Below are positions 1 to 9,727 of a stretch of 32,000 nucleotides of DNA, in pieces. Numbering within the stretch: the stretch's first letter is position 1; each line of letters opens with the position of its first letter. Under the pieces are notes generated by a model. That model worked only from the letters and a program-made list of their open reading frames with translations. It made no database searches and was not told the DNA's origin. This DNA is from Wigglesworthia glossinidia endosymbiont of Glossina brevipalpis (GTDB lineage Bacteria; Pseudomonadota; Gammaproteobacteria; Enterobacterales; Enterobacteriaceae). The stretch covers positions 420,001 to 452,000 of the forward strand of contig BA000021.3 of assembly GCA_000008885.1 (NCBI GenBank). The letters run 5' to 3'. A program made the translations under genes and the position numbers.

Positions 1-265
1 CTTTCATTAGTATAATATTTTTATATTTTATTATATAAATATATATAAGATAAAATAATGTTAAAAATATTTTTTATTTAAATTAAATATTATATATATT
101 AAAATTAATTTAATTAAATATATGTTGTATTAAAAATAATTTTTAAAATTTATTATTTTATATTAACATTAATTTTATTTTTTACATATAAAAATTTATA
201 TTTTAAAAAACTAATTTATAATTTAAATTTATATAATTTAATAAATATCAACAGGAAACAAAATT

Positions 266-1060
266 ATGGGATTACTCAAAGGTAAAAAAATATTAATTAC
301 TGGAATAGCTAACAAATATTCTATATCTTATGGAATTGCATGCGCAATGCATAGAGAAAAAGCAGATTTAGCATTTACCTATCAAAATGAAAAAATAAAA
401 AAAAGAGTTGAAAAATTTGCCAAAGAAACTTTTTTTTCTGATTTAATTTTCCCTTGTAATGTTAATGAAGAGAAAAATATTTATGATTTGTTTGAAAAAT
501 TAAAAAAAATATGGCCTAAATTTGATGGATTTGTTCATTCTATAGCCTATACTAATCCAGATCAATTATCAGGAAGATATCTTGACGTAATAAACAAAGA
601 GGGATTTGAATGTTCTCAAAACATTAGTGCATATAGTTTTTCTTCTATGTCAAAGATAAGCAAGTCAATGCTGAATTCTGAATCAAGTTTAATTACAATA
701 ACATATTTAGGATCAGAAAGAGTTGTCCCTTATTATAATACTATGGGAATAGCTAAAGCATCTTTAGAATCAAGTGTTAGATATATAGCTCATGATCTAG
801 GATCAAAAAATATTAGAGTTAATGCAATTTCTGCTGCACCTATTAAAACACTATCTTCTTCTGGAATTAAAAATTTTAAAAAAATGCTTTATTTGTATGA
901 AAACGTTTCTCCATTAAAATGTAAAATAGGTATTTCAGAAATAGGAAATGTTGCTGTTTTTTTATGTTCTAATTTATCATCTGGAATAACTGGTGAAATA
1001 ATTCATGTAGATAGAGGCTTTCATATTATGTCTGGATCTTTATATGATAGTAAAATTTAA
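266..1060 (+). CDS. fabI: Enoyl-[acyl-carrier-protein] reductase (NADH), FabI
   Basis: 264-aa ORF; N-terminus MGLLKGKKILITGIANKYSISYGIACAMHRE; catalytic-region YLGSERVVPYYNTMGIAKASLE; C-terminal VRVNAISA-type motif and GITGEIIHVDRGF match FabI. Confidence 0.97.
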   Translation: MGLLKGKKILITGIANKYSISYGIACAMHREKADLAFTYQNEKIKKRVEKFAKETFFSDLIFPCNVNEEKNIYDLFEKLKKIWPKFDGFVHSIAYTNPDQLSGRYLDVINKEGFECSQNISAYSFSSMSKISKSMLNSESSLITITYLGSERVVPYYNTMGIAKASLESSVRYIAHDLGSKNIRVNAISAAPIKTLSSSGIKNFKKMLYLYENVSPLKCKIGISEIGNVAVFLCSNLSSGITGEIIHVDRGFHIMSGSLYDSKI

Positions 1061-1113
1061 AAAATTAAAATAATTTTTTTAAAAAAAATAAATTTTTTAT
1101 TTATTGGAAATTT

Positions 1114-1812
1114 CTAAATATTATTTAATTTTGATAAAATTTTTTCTAATAATAAATATGGGTTGCTTGATTTAGTAATAGGTCTACCAATCACTATATA
1201 ATTAGATCCAGATTTTATAGCGTCGTATGGATTCATTACTCTTTTTTGATCATTATAATTTGTATTTTTAAACCTTATTCCAGGAGTTACAATAATAAAA
1301 TTATTTCCAAATTTTTTTCTTACTTTTTCAGCTTCCCAAGGGGAGCATACAATACCATCTAATCCACATTTATAAGCGTTATTAGATAAATGAATTACAT
1401 GATTTATTATTTTTGTAAAAATTTTTGATTTGCTTAAATCTGATTTTTCCATGCTAGTAAGAACTGTAACTGCAATAAGTTTTGGAGGATTATTTATATG
1501 TGACAAAGCATCTTTAGCAGCAGTCATCATATTATATCCTCCACTAGCATGAACATTAACCATCCATATTCCAAATTTTGCTAGCGAAAATATTGTTTTT
1601 TTTATTGTATTAGGAATGTCGTAAAGCTTTAAATCTAAAAAAATTTTAAATCCATTTTTTTGTAAAAAGTTGATTAAAAAAAATCCTGAATTAATAAATA
1701 ATTCATGTCCAATTTTTAATTGGCATTGATCTGGGGAAATCTTTTTAGAAAAAGATATAGCTTTTTTTGGGTTAGAATAATCTAAAGCTACAATAATTGG
1801 AGATAGTTTCAT
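1114..1812 (-). CDS. pyrF: Orotidine 5'-phosphate decarboxylase
   Basis: 232-aa ORF; active-site FLDLKLYDIPNT, VNVHASGG, VTPGIR and YIVIGRPIT motifs. Confidence 0.96.
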   Translation of the reverse strand: MKLSPIIVALDYSNPKKAISFSKKISPDQCQLKIGHELFINSGFFLINFLQKNGFKIFLDLKLYDIPNTIKKTIFSLAKFGIWMVNVHASGGYNMMTAAKDALSHINNPPKLIAVTVLTSMEKSDLSKSKIFTKIINHVIHLSNNAYKCGLDGIVCSPWEAEKVRKKFGNNFIIVTPGIRFKNTNYNDQKRVMNPYDAIKSGSNYIVIGRPITKSSNPYLLLEKILSKLNNI

Positions 1813-2346
1813 TATTTTTTAACGCATTTGTAATATAAGTTGTTTTTCTAAATAAAAAAGCATTAAAAATATTAAATAATAGTTTTTAAAAAATTAATAA
1901 TATTAATAGTATAAAATATTGTTATAAAATTTCTATTTTTATTTTAATAAAATTTTCTTTAAAAATTAATTCTATAAGAATAAATTTAATTTTATTAAAT
2001 ACATTAATATTTATTTTTAATATTAATTAATATAATTATTATTATAATTAATATATTTAATATAAATTAAAAATATTTTGTAAAAATTATTTTTTTAATA
2101 AAATTAAAAAAATTTTATTAAAAATAATATTAATTTTAATTAAAATAATTAAAACATAATATTTTTATATCAAGAAACATTGTATAAAAAATATAGCGTA
2201 TATTTAATTTAAAGTATATATTTATAATATAAAATATATTATACAAAATATATTAATTAATAAAAATTTTTTTATATTAAAATAATTAATTTGATATTAT
2301 TAAGTTTTGATTTAATAATATTAAAAATAAATATTATGGAGATAAA

Positions 2347-2940
2347 ATGCAAATTAAACGTATTACAGAAGCTAATCTTCCAACTCCATGGACAAATTTT
2401 TTGATGATAGGTTTTGAAGAAATTAAAACAAAATGTAATCATATAGCATTATTACATGGAAATATGTCAAAAAATACATCAATTTTAACGAGGATTCATT
2501 CTGAATGTTTAACTGGAGATGCTTTATTTAGTTTAAGGTGTGATTGCGGATTTCAATTACAATCTGCATTGTCACATATAGCTAACGAAAAATGCGGAAT
2601 ATTAATTTATCATAGACAAGAAGGAAGAAATATTGGACTTATAAATAAAATAAAAGCATATTCTTTACAAGACAAAGGAATCGACACAGTAGATGCTAAT
2701 TATCATTTAGGATTTGAAGCAGATGAAAGAGATTTTACAGTTTGTGTTGAAATATTAAATTTATTACAAATAAAATCAATTAGACTGCTAACAAATAATC
2801 CAAATAAAGTAAACGTATTGACTTCGGCAGGCATTTTAATAACTGAAAGAGTTCCTTTAATCGTTGGAAGTAACCCAAGTAATACAAAGTACTTATATAC
2901 TAAAGCAAAAAAAATGGGTCATTTATTAAATAATAAATAA
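2347..2940 (+). CDS. ribA: GTP cyclohydrolase II
   Basis: 197-aa ORF; [23 protein letters not shown] zinc/active-site motif, [21 protein letters not shown]; preceded by a GGAG Shine-Dalgarno sequence. Confidence 0.97.
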
Positions 2941-3640
2941 ATATTTAATAATACATTAAATCTATATTTAAATATAATTAATACTATTTTATAAAAATAA
3001 ATTTTAACAAGATATTAAATTTTTAATTTAATTTAGCTTAGATTAAAATTTAAATTAATATAATTTAATTAAAAATTTTTAAATAAAAATGAAATTTTAG
3101 TTTAGAAAAATAAATTATAAATACTTTTTAAATTTAAAAATTTTTTATAATTAATAATTATATATAATTATATAAAAATTTTTTTATAAAAAATATAAAT
3201 ACTTTTTCGTTTATAAAAATTTTGTTAAAATATATAATTATTTTAAACAAAAACAAGAATAAATTATATATTAAACAATTTTAATAATTTGAAAATTATT
3301 CAAATAATAAGAAATATATTTATAATAATTTATAATTTATTATTAAATTTAATTTTAATATAAAATTTAATGATTTAAAATTAAATAAAATATATTTAAA
3401 TTATTTTTATAACTTCTGGTATAGTAAAAAATTATAAAAATTTATAATTTATAAATATTTATAATAAACAATAAATGAAATTTTTACCATAACTATTTTA
3501 ATATTACTGTTTGATTAAATTAACGTAAAATATATAAAAATAAAAAATTTTTATTTTTATAAAAGATATGTATTTAATTTTTTATATAATAAATTTTTAT
3601 TTTTTATATTTATTTTATATTTATAATATAATTCATTATG

Positions 3641-3743
3641 ATTTAATAAAAATTAAAATTAAAATAATTTATATATATATTTTAATATAAAAATTTTTAT
3701 TTTTAAATTAATTTAATATTTTTATATTATAATTTATTTAAAT
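3641..3743. other. 103-nt tract of A/T only inside the long ribA-yciC intergenic spacer
   Basis: Read directly: last G at 3640, next G at 3744. Bases 3541-3840 contain 10 G/C in 300. Confidence 0.95.
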
Positions 3744-3840
3744 GCTTTAAAAGATTTTTATATTTAAATATAATTTAATTAATTTATTAAAATTAAATTA
3801 AATTAATTAAATTATATTAATTTTAACTGATTTTAAAATC

Positions 3841-3847
3841 AGGGAGG
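3841..3847 (+). promoter_or_regulatory. Strong Shine-Dalgarno sequence AGGGAGG for yciC
   Basis: AGGGAGG followed by six T and the GTG start at 3854. Confidence 0.85.
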
Positions 3848-3853
3848 TTTTTT

Positions 3854-4627
3854 GTGTCTATTTCTATAAAAAACTTAATTTTAGATGCATGGAATTTTTT
3901 TGTTAATCAAATAATAAATATTATATTTTTTTCTACTATATCAGCTATAATAAGTAGTTTAATTAATTATATATTTCTTCCAAATAGAGATGAACTGTTT
4001 ACTCTTGCAAATTTAATTTCTGATTTTAATGGATCTATTAATAATATAAACTATTTATTTCAAAAAATGTCTATTGAACAGAAATATATTTTATTTAAAT
4101 TATCTTTATCAAATCATTTATCTAGCTTAGTTGGAAATGCTTTTTTGTTTAGTAATATTATTACTATGATAAATACAATTTGTGACAAAAAAAGATTTTT
4201 TAATATTTTTAATAATATTATTTTATCTTCATCGCTTATTCCAAAATTTCTCACTTTGATATTTTTGATTTCATTTTTAACTCAATGTGGAATGGCATTA
4301 ATGTTAATACCAGGAATAATAGTATTGATATTTTTAAGCTTTTCTCCCATATTAATTACAAAAAAAAATATAAGCATAACAGATTCTATAAAAATAAGTG
4401 TTAACATTACCTTTAAAAATATAAAAACAGTAGCTCCAATAATATTTTTATGGTTGTTAATAAAGTTAATTATTTTAGTAATTTCATCTCAAATTTCAAT
4501 TAATGGATTTTTATCTTCTGTAAAAATATTTTTTTATCTAATTAACAATATAATTACTGTATATATAATTATATATATGTATAGATTGTATTTATTATCA
4601 AAAATAAAAAAAAATAAATATTTATAA
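3854..4627 (+). CDS. yciC: YciC-family (UPF0259) inner-membrane protein
   Basis: 257-aa multi-pass hydrophobic ORF; MALMLIPGIIVLIFLSFSPI segment; position next to cls matches the enterobacterial yciC-cls neighbourhood; GTG start with AGGGAGG ribosome-binding site. Confidence 0.8.
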   Translation: MSISIKNLILDAWNFFVNQIINIIFFSTISAIISSLINYIFLPNRDELFTLANLISDFNGSINNINYLFQKMSIEQKYILFKLSLSNHLSSLVGNAFLFSNIITMINTICDKKRFFNIFNNIILSSSLIPKFLTLIFLISFLTQCGMALMLIPGIIVLIFLSFSPILITKKNISITDSIKISVNITFKNIKTVAPIIFLWLLIKLIILVISSQISINGFLSSVKIFFYLINNIITVYIIIYMYRLYLLSKIKKNKYL

Positions 4628-4837
4628 AATTTAATGTTTAAAATTAAAATTTATTCAAATAAATAAAATATTTCTTTAAATAAGTTAATTTTTATCAATT
4701 GATAAAATAAAAAATATATTAAAAATAATATATTAAAATCAATATTTGTTTAAACTAAATTTTAGTTTTATATAAGAATTTTTATAAAAATATATTAATA
4801 ATATAAAAATATTTATATTTAAAATAATGTTGTATTT

Positions 4838-6325
4838 ATGTTAATAAATTTTTTTTCTTCAATTGAAGTATTATTTGTAATAATTAAATGGATATTATTA
4901 TTAGGATATTGGTGGTTGATTACAGAAGTAACTATAAGAATTCTATTTAAAAGAAGAACTGTGCCTTCAGCTATGGCATGGTTGTTAATTATTTATGTTG
5001 TTCCTTTTATTGGAGCTATAATATATTTATTACTAGGAGAGTTAAATTTAGAAAAAAAAAGAATAAAAAGAAGCAAGATAATTTGGATTTCTGCGCTAAA
5101 AAAAATAAAAAAATTAAAAAACTATAAAGAAATTTTTACTACAAAAAATAGTCATATTGCTCGTTCTTTGTTCAGATTATGTAAACATAGACAAGGAATA
5201 GGAGGTGTTAAAAGTGAAAAAATTAATATTCTTAATGATCCTGATAACGTGATGCAATCCGTAATAAATGATATTAATTTAGCTAAAATTAGTATAGAAA
5301 TGATTTTTTATATTTGGCATCCTGGAGGATGGACAAATTATGTGGTGGAAGTTTTAATAAAAGCAGCTAATAGAGGAGTTAAGTGTAGATTAATTTTAGA
5401 TTCTGCTGGTAGTAAAAATTTTTTAAAAAGCATACAAGTCAAAATAATGCGTAAATCTGGCATTAAGATAGTAGAAGCTTTAAATTTAAATATTTTACAA
5501 ATATTTCTTAGAAGAATGGATTTAAGGCAGCATAGAAAAATGATATTAATTGATAATTATATTGGATATACAGGAAGCATGAATATGATAGATCCTAAAT
5601 TTTTTAAGAAAAACAGAAAAATAGGAGAATGGATAGATATTATGATAAGAATGGAAGGACCTGTAGCTTCTGCAATGAGAATAATATTTTCTTGTGATTG
5701 GGAAATAGAAACAGGAGAAAATATTTTTTATGCTCCCTATGATACAAAAAAATGTAATATAATTAAAAAAGATAATAATTATAAAACTCAAGTAATTCCT
5801 TCTGGCCCAGGTGTTTCCGAAGGAGTTATTCATCAAGTTTTATTAACTGCTATTTATTCTGCAAAAAAAATATTAATCATGACAACTCCATATTTAGTGC
5901 CAAGTGATGATATATTGCATGCTATTTGCACAGCTTCTCAAAGAGGAGTATCTGTTTATATTATAATTCCTAAATTTATAGATTCTATTTTAGTGAAATG
6001 GGCTAGTAGATCATTTTTTTCTGAATTATTACATGCTGGAGTATTAATATATCAATTTGAAGGAGGTTTATTGCATACTAAAAGTATATTAGTAGATGAT
6101 CAGTTAAGCTTGGTAGGTACTGTAAATTTAGATATGAGAAGTTTATGGTTAAATTTTGAAATTACTTTAATGGTAGATAATCGTAATTTTGGTAAAAAAT
6201 TAAAAAAAATACAAACAAATTATATGTCTCTTTCAAAAGTTCTACATTTAAAAGAATGGTCTAAAAGACCTTATTGGAAACGTATAATTGAAAGATTTTT
6301 TTATTTCTTTAGCCCACTTCTTTAA
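4838..6325 (+). CDS. cls: Cardiolipin synthase A
   Basis: 495-aa ORF with two HKD phospholipase-D motifs ([18 protein letters not shown] and [23 protein letters not shown]), N-terminal [19 protein letters not shown]-terminal YFFSPLL. Confidence 0.98.
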   Translation: MLINFFSSIEVLFVIIKWILLLGYWWLITEVTIRILFKRRTVPSAMAWLLIIYVVPFIGAIIYLLLGELNLEKKRIKRSKIIWISALKKIKKLKNYKEIFTTKNSHIARSLFRLCKHRQGIGGVKSEKINILNDPDNVMQSVINDINLAKISIEMIFYIWHPGGWTNYVVEVLIKAANRGVKCRLILDSAGSKNFLKSIQVKIMRKSGIKIVEALNLNILQIFLRRMDLRQHRKMILIDNYIGYTGSMNMIDPKFFKKNRKIGEWIDIMIRMEGPVASAMRIIFSCDWEIETGENIFYAPYDTKKCNIIKKDNNYKTQVIPSGPGVSEGVIHQVLLTAIYSAKKILIMTTPYLVPSDDILHAICTASQRGVSVYIIIPKFIDSILVKWASRSFFSELLHAGVLIYQFEGGLLHTKSILVDDQLSLVGTVNLDMRSLWLNFEITLMVDNRNFGKKLKKIQTNYMSLSKVLHLKEWSKRPYWKRIIERFFYFFSPLL

Positions 6326-6679
6326 TTTTAAAATAAAATAATTTTTATTTATTTAAAAATAATTTTATTTTTTTAAAATATATTAAATATGTGTATTTTT
6401 AAAATTGAAAAAATTTGATATATTTAATTGTATTAAATAAAATTTATTTTGTAAAGTTTAATAAAAAGTTTTTATTTATTGAATAATATTTGTATTAACT
6501 AAAATATAATTTTTAAAATTTATAAAATATTTAATTAATTTTAAAATTAGAAAATAAAAATATTAAAGCCTTTTATAAATAAAATTTTTAATTTTTTATA
6601 TTGCATAATATAACATTTTAGTTTATTAAGATGTTATAGAAAATGTTTTTAATTAATTAATAATATAAAATTTGTAATA

Positions 6680-6693
6680 ACAATTATAATTGT
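6680..6693. promoter_or_regulatory. Perfect palindrome ACAATTATAATTGT upstream of hns, possible regulatory or promoter element; TATAAT at 6707-6712 downstream
   Basis: 14-nt perfect inverted repeat 41 nt before the hns ATG, with a consensus-like TATAAT between it and the gene. AT-richness makes chance occurrence plausible. Confidence 0.25.
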
Positions 6694-6734
6694 ATTATTA
6701 GAAAACTATAATATATAATATTTGAGAGCAAAAA

Positions 6735-7142
6735 ATGAGTGAAGCATTAAAAATTCTTAACAATATAAGAACTTTAAGAGCGCAAGCTAGAGAATGCACT
6801 TTAGAAACTTTAGAAGAAATGTTAGAAAAATTAGAAGTCGTTGTAAGCGAAAGAAGAGAAGAAGATAATCAAGCTCAAGCTGAAATTGAAAAAAAAACTC
6901 GCAAATTACAACAGTATAGAGAGATGTTGATTGCTGATGGAATAGATCCAAATGAATTATTAAAATCTATGAACTTTGTAAAATCTTCTTCTAAAAATAA
7001 AAGAGCAATAAGACCAGCTAAATATAAATATATTAATGCTAATGGAGAAAGTAAAACTTGGACTGGGCAAGGAAGAACTCCATCGATTATAAAAAAAGCT
7101 ATTGACAACGATGGAAAAAAATTAGAAGATTTTTTATTATAA
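6735..7142 (+). CDS. hns: Histone-like nucleoid-structuring protein H-NS
   Basis: 135-aa ORF; [37 protein letters not shown] dimerisation domain and [12 protein letters not shown]-binding motif. Confidence 0.98.
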   Translation: MSEALKILNNIRTLRAQARECTLETLEEMLEKLEVVVSERREEDNQAQAEIEKKTRKLQQYREMLIADGIDPNELLKSMNFVKSSSKNKRAIRPAKYKYINANGESKTWTGQGRTPSIIKKAIDNDGKKLEDFLL

Positions 7143-7251
7143 ATTTTATTTTTAATTAAAAAAATAAATTTTCATAATTAATACTTTTATATTTAAAAAA
7201 AATAATATAAATTAAAAATTTTTAATATTAAAAAATTATTTTATATTTTTA

Positions 7252-8598
7252 CTAATTATTAATCATAGATAATGAATCCCCTCTTCCAATGCCATAATAT
7301 ATGAATCCTTTGTTTTTTAAATATTTAGGATCATACAAATTTCTACCATCAAAAATTACTGGTTGTTTTAATTTTGATTTTATTTTTTTAAAATTAGGAA
7401 AATAAAAATTTTTCCATTCCGTGCAAATAATTAACGCATCTGCATGATTTAAAACAGATTCTTTGCTTTTCATCAAAACAAAGTCCTTTCTATTTCCATA
7501 TATTTTATGTATTTCTTCCATAGCTTTAGGATCAAAAGCTTGAATTTTAGCTCCATATTTCCATAAAGATTCAATTAATATTATGCTAGAGGCTTCTCTT
7601 ACATCATTAGTATTTGGCTTAAAAGACAATCCCCATAAAGCAAAAGTTTTTTTATTTAAATTTTTACCAAAATGATATTTAATTAATTCAAATATTTTGT
7701 TTTTTTGTTTGTTATTTATTTCTTCTACCGCTTCTAATAATTTTGGTTGATAACCAAGCATTTTTGATGCATAAATTAATCCTCTAATATCTTTAGGAAA
7801 ACATGATCCTCCGTATCCACATCCTGGATATATATAATTGTCTCCAATTCTAGGATCTTTACCTATACTTTTTCTTACATTTTCTATATCAGCTCCAAAA
7901 ATTTCTGCCAAATTTGACATTTCATTCATAAAGCTAATTTTAGTAGCCAACATACAATTAGAAGCATATTTTGTTAATTCTGCGCTACGTATATCCATAA
8001 AAATAATACAATTTTGTTTTTTATCAAATGGATCATATAATCTTTTCAAAACACTTTTTAAATTAATATTGTTAGTTCCTATAATAATTTTATTTGGAAA
8101 CATACAATCATATACAGCTGTTCCTTCTTTTAAAAATTCTGGATTATAGACAACATCAAACTTTAATTTTCTTTTTTTATTTTTTAAAATTTTTTTTACA
8201 AAAGAAAAAATTTTTTCTGTTGTTCCTACTGGAACTGTAGATTTTTCTAAAATTATTTTATAATCTCTCATATTATTTGCTATTATCTCTGCTACTTTAT
8301 ATACTTCTATGGTATTAATAATTTTATTTTTTTCTATAGGAGTTCCAACTGTAATAAATTGCATAACACCGTGATTTACTCCGTCTTTATGATTATTTGT
8401 AAATTTTAAGCGATTTAATTTTAAGTTTTTTTTAATTAATGTTTTTAATCCTGGTTCGTATATAGGAACAATTCCTTTTTTTAAATCAGATAATTTATCT
8501 TGGTTTGATTCGACGCATAAAACGCTGTGTCCTATCTCTGCTAATACTGCAGCTTGAACTAATCCAACGTAACCAATACCAAAAACTGTTACTTTCAT
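7252..8598 (-). CDS. ugd: UDP-glucose 6-dehydrogenase (long, about 448-aa form)
   Basis: MKVTVFGIGYVGLVQAAVLAEIGH NAD-binding motif, NPEFLKEGTA, catalytic YGGSCFPKD. The ORF track starts at 8628, but the conserved start is the internal ATG at 8598, preceded by AGGA. Confidence 0.95.
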   Translation of the reverse strand: MKVTVFGIGYVGLVQAAVLAEIGHSVLCVESNQDKLSDLKKGIVPIYEPGLKTLIKKNLKLNRLKFTNNHKDGVNHGVMQFITVGTPIEKNKIINTIEVYKVAEIIANNMRDYKIILEKSTVPVGTTEKIFSFVKKILKNKKRKLKFDVVYNPEFLKEGTAVYDCMFPNKIIIGTNNINLKSVLKRLYDPFDKKQNCIIFMDIRSAELTKYASNCMLATKISFMNEMSNLAEIFGADIENVRKSIGKDPRIGDNYIYPGCGYGGSCFPKDIRGLIYASKMLGYQPKLLEAVEEINNKQKNKIFELIKYHFGKNLNKKTFALWGLSFKPNTNDVREASSIILIESLWKYGAKIQAFDPKAMEEIHKIYGNRKDFVLMKSKESVLNHADALIICTEWKNFYFPNFKKIKSKLKQPVIFDGRNLYDPKYLKNKGFIYYGIGRGDSLSMINN

Positions 8599-8658
8599 TT
8601 TAATATTCCTAATTTTTATTAAAAACATTTTATTTAAATTATTTATTTTAATAAAATA

Positions 8659-9498
8659 TTATAATATTTTCTTTAACCATTTTTTAAAAACTTTTCCAAA
8701 ATATTTATTATATAAACCATATTTTACAAAAGCCTTCATATATCCTAATTTATTACCACAATCATAGCTAGATCCTTTTATGCAATATGCTTCCACAATT
8801 TCATTTTTTATTAACATTTTTATAGCATCTGTTAATTGAAATTCATTTTCTATTCCTGGTTTTATTTTTTCTAGCATACCCCAAATGTTTTTAGAAAAAA
8901 CATATCTTCCAACAACAGATAAACTAGGAATACTATTTTTTATATAAGGTTTTTCTATAATATTAATGATTTTTGAAATATCATTTGGATTAAGTTTGCT
9001 TTTTTTGCAATTTACTATTCCATAATCTTTTGTATTATAAGATAATTTTACTAAAACTTGGCTTCTTCCAGTTTTTTCAAATCTATTTAACATAGATAAA
9101 AGATTATTTATTTTTAAATTATTACATGAATATGAATTGATGATAACATCAGGCAAAATAACGGCGAAGGATTTATATCCTATTTTAGGTAAAGCAGATA
9201 AAATAGCGTTTCCTAATCCATTTACAGATTTTTGATATATATAATCAATATTTAATTTTTTTTGAAAATTACATTTTTTTTTTAAAAAAATATTTTCAAT
9301 ATAATTTTTAATTAAATATTTTTTATAATTAGTAACAAAAATTATATTTTTTAGACCAGAATTAATGCATTCATGTATAGCATATTGAATTAATGGTTTA
9401 TCAATTAATGGCAATAATTCTTTTGGAATTACTTTTGTAATTGGAAGCATTCTTTTCCCTAAACCTGCTATTGGAATAACAACTTTTTTTATTTTCAT
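8659..9498 (-). CDS. galU: UTP--glucose-1-phosphate uridylyltransferase
   Basis: 279-aa ORF; VVIPIAGLGKRMLPITKVIPKELLPLIDKPLIQYAI, VILPDV, IIEKP, SYDCGNKLGYMKAFVKYGL. Confidence 0.95.
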   Translation of the reverse strand: MKIKKVVIPIAGLGKRMLPITKVIPKELLPLIDKPLIQYAIHECINSGLKNIIFVTNYKKYLIKNYIENIFLKKKCNFQKKLNIDYIYQKSVNGLGNAILSALPKIGYKSFAVILPDVIINSYSCNNLKINNLLSMLNRFEKTGRSQVLVKLSYNTKDYGIVNCKKSKLNPNDISKIINIIEKPYIKNSIPSLSVVGRYVFSKNIWGMLEKIKPGIENEFQLTDAIKMLIKNEIVEAYCIKGSSYDCGNKLGYMKAFVKYGLYNKYFGKVFKKWLKKIL

Positions 9499-9727
9499 TG
9501 TTTAAGTATAAAAATTAATATATTAAAAGTTTTTAATAAAAATTAAAAAATTTAAATACAGATATTTATTTCTATTGATTTAAAAATATATTTTATTTAA
9601 AATCAAAATAAATATATTTTTATAATATAAAAATAAATATTTTATATTAAATTTAGTTTAATTAAAAATCTTACTTTAAATAAATTTTATTATAACTTTA
9701 CTATATAAATAGTAAATTTTAATTCTT

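Noticed and set aside
1813-2346. Possible tRNA gene in the spacer
   Set aside because: No TTCGA-type T-loop or acceptor-stem pairing with normal GC content was visible.
2941-3853. Possible oriC or CRISPR-like array in the long spacer
   Set aside because: No DnaA-box cluster (TTATCCACA-like) and no regularly spaced repeats seen; extreme A/T composition alone is not evidence of an origin.
5546-5836. Minus-strand 96-aa ORF inside cls
   Set aside because: Lies antisense to highly conserved cls coding sequence, low complexity, no recognisable motif.
6875-7108. Minus-strand 77-aa ORF inside hns
   Set aside because: Antisense shadow of a strongly conserved gene.
7838-8149. Plus-strand 103-aa ORF inside ugd
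   Set aside because: Antisense to conserved Ugd sequence, no homology recognised.
8599-8628. Extra 10 N-terminal residues of Ugd in the ORF track (MFLIKIRNIK)
   Set aside because: The conserved start MKVTVFG at 8598 has an upstream AGGA; the extension comes from the tracker choosing the most upstream start.
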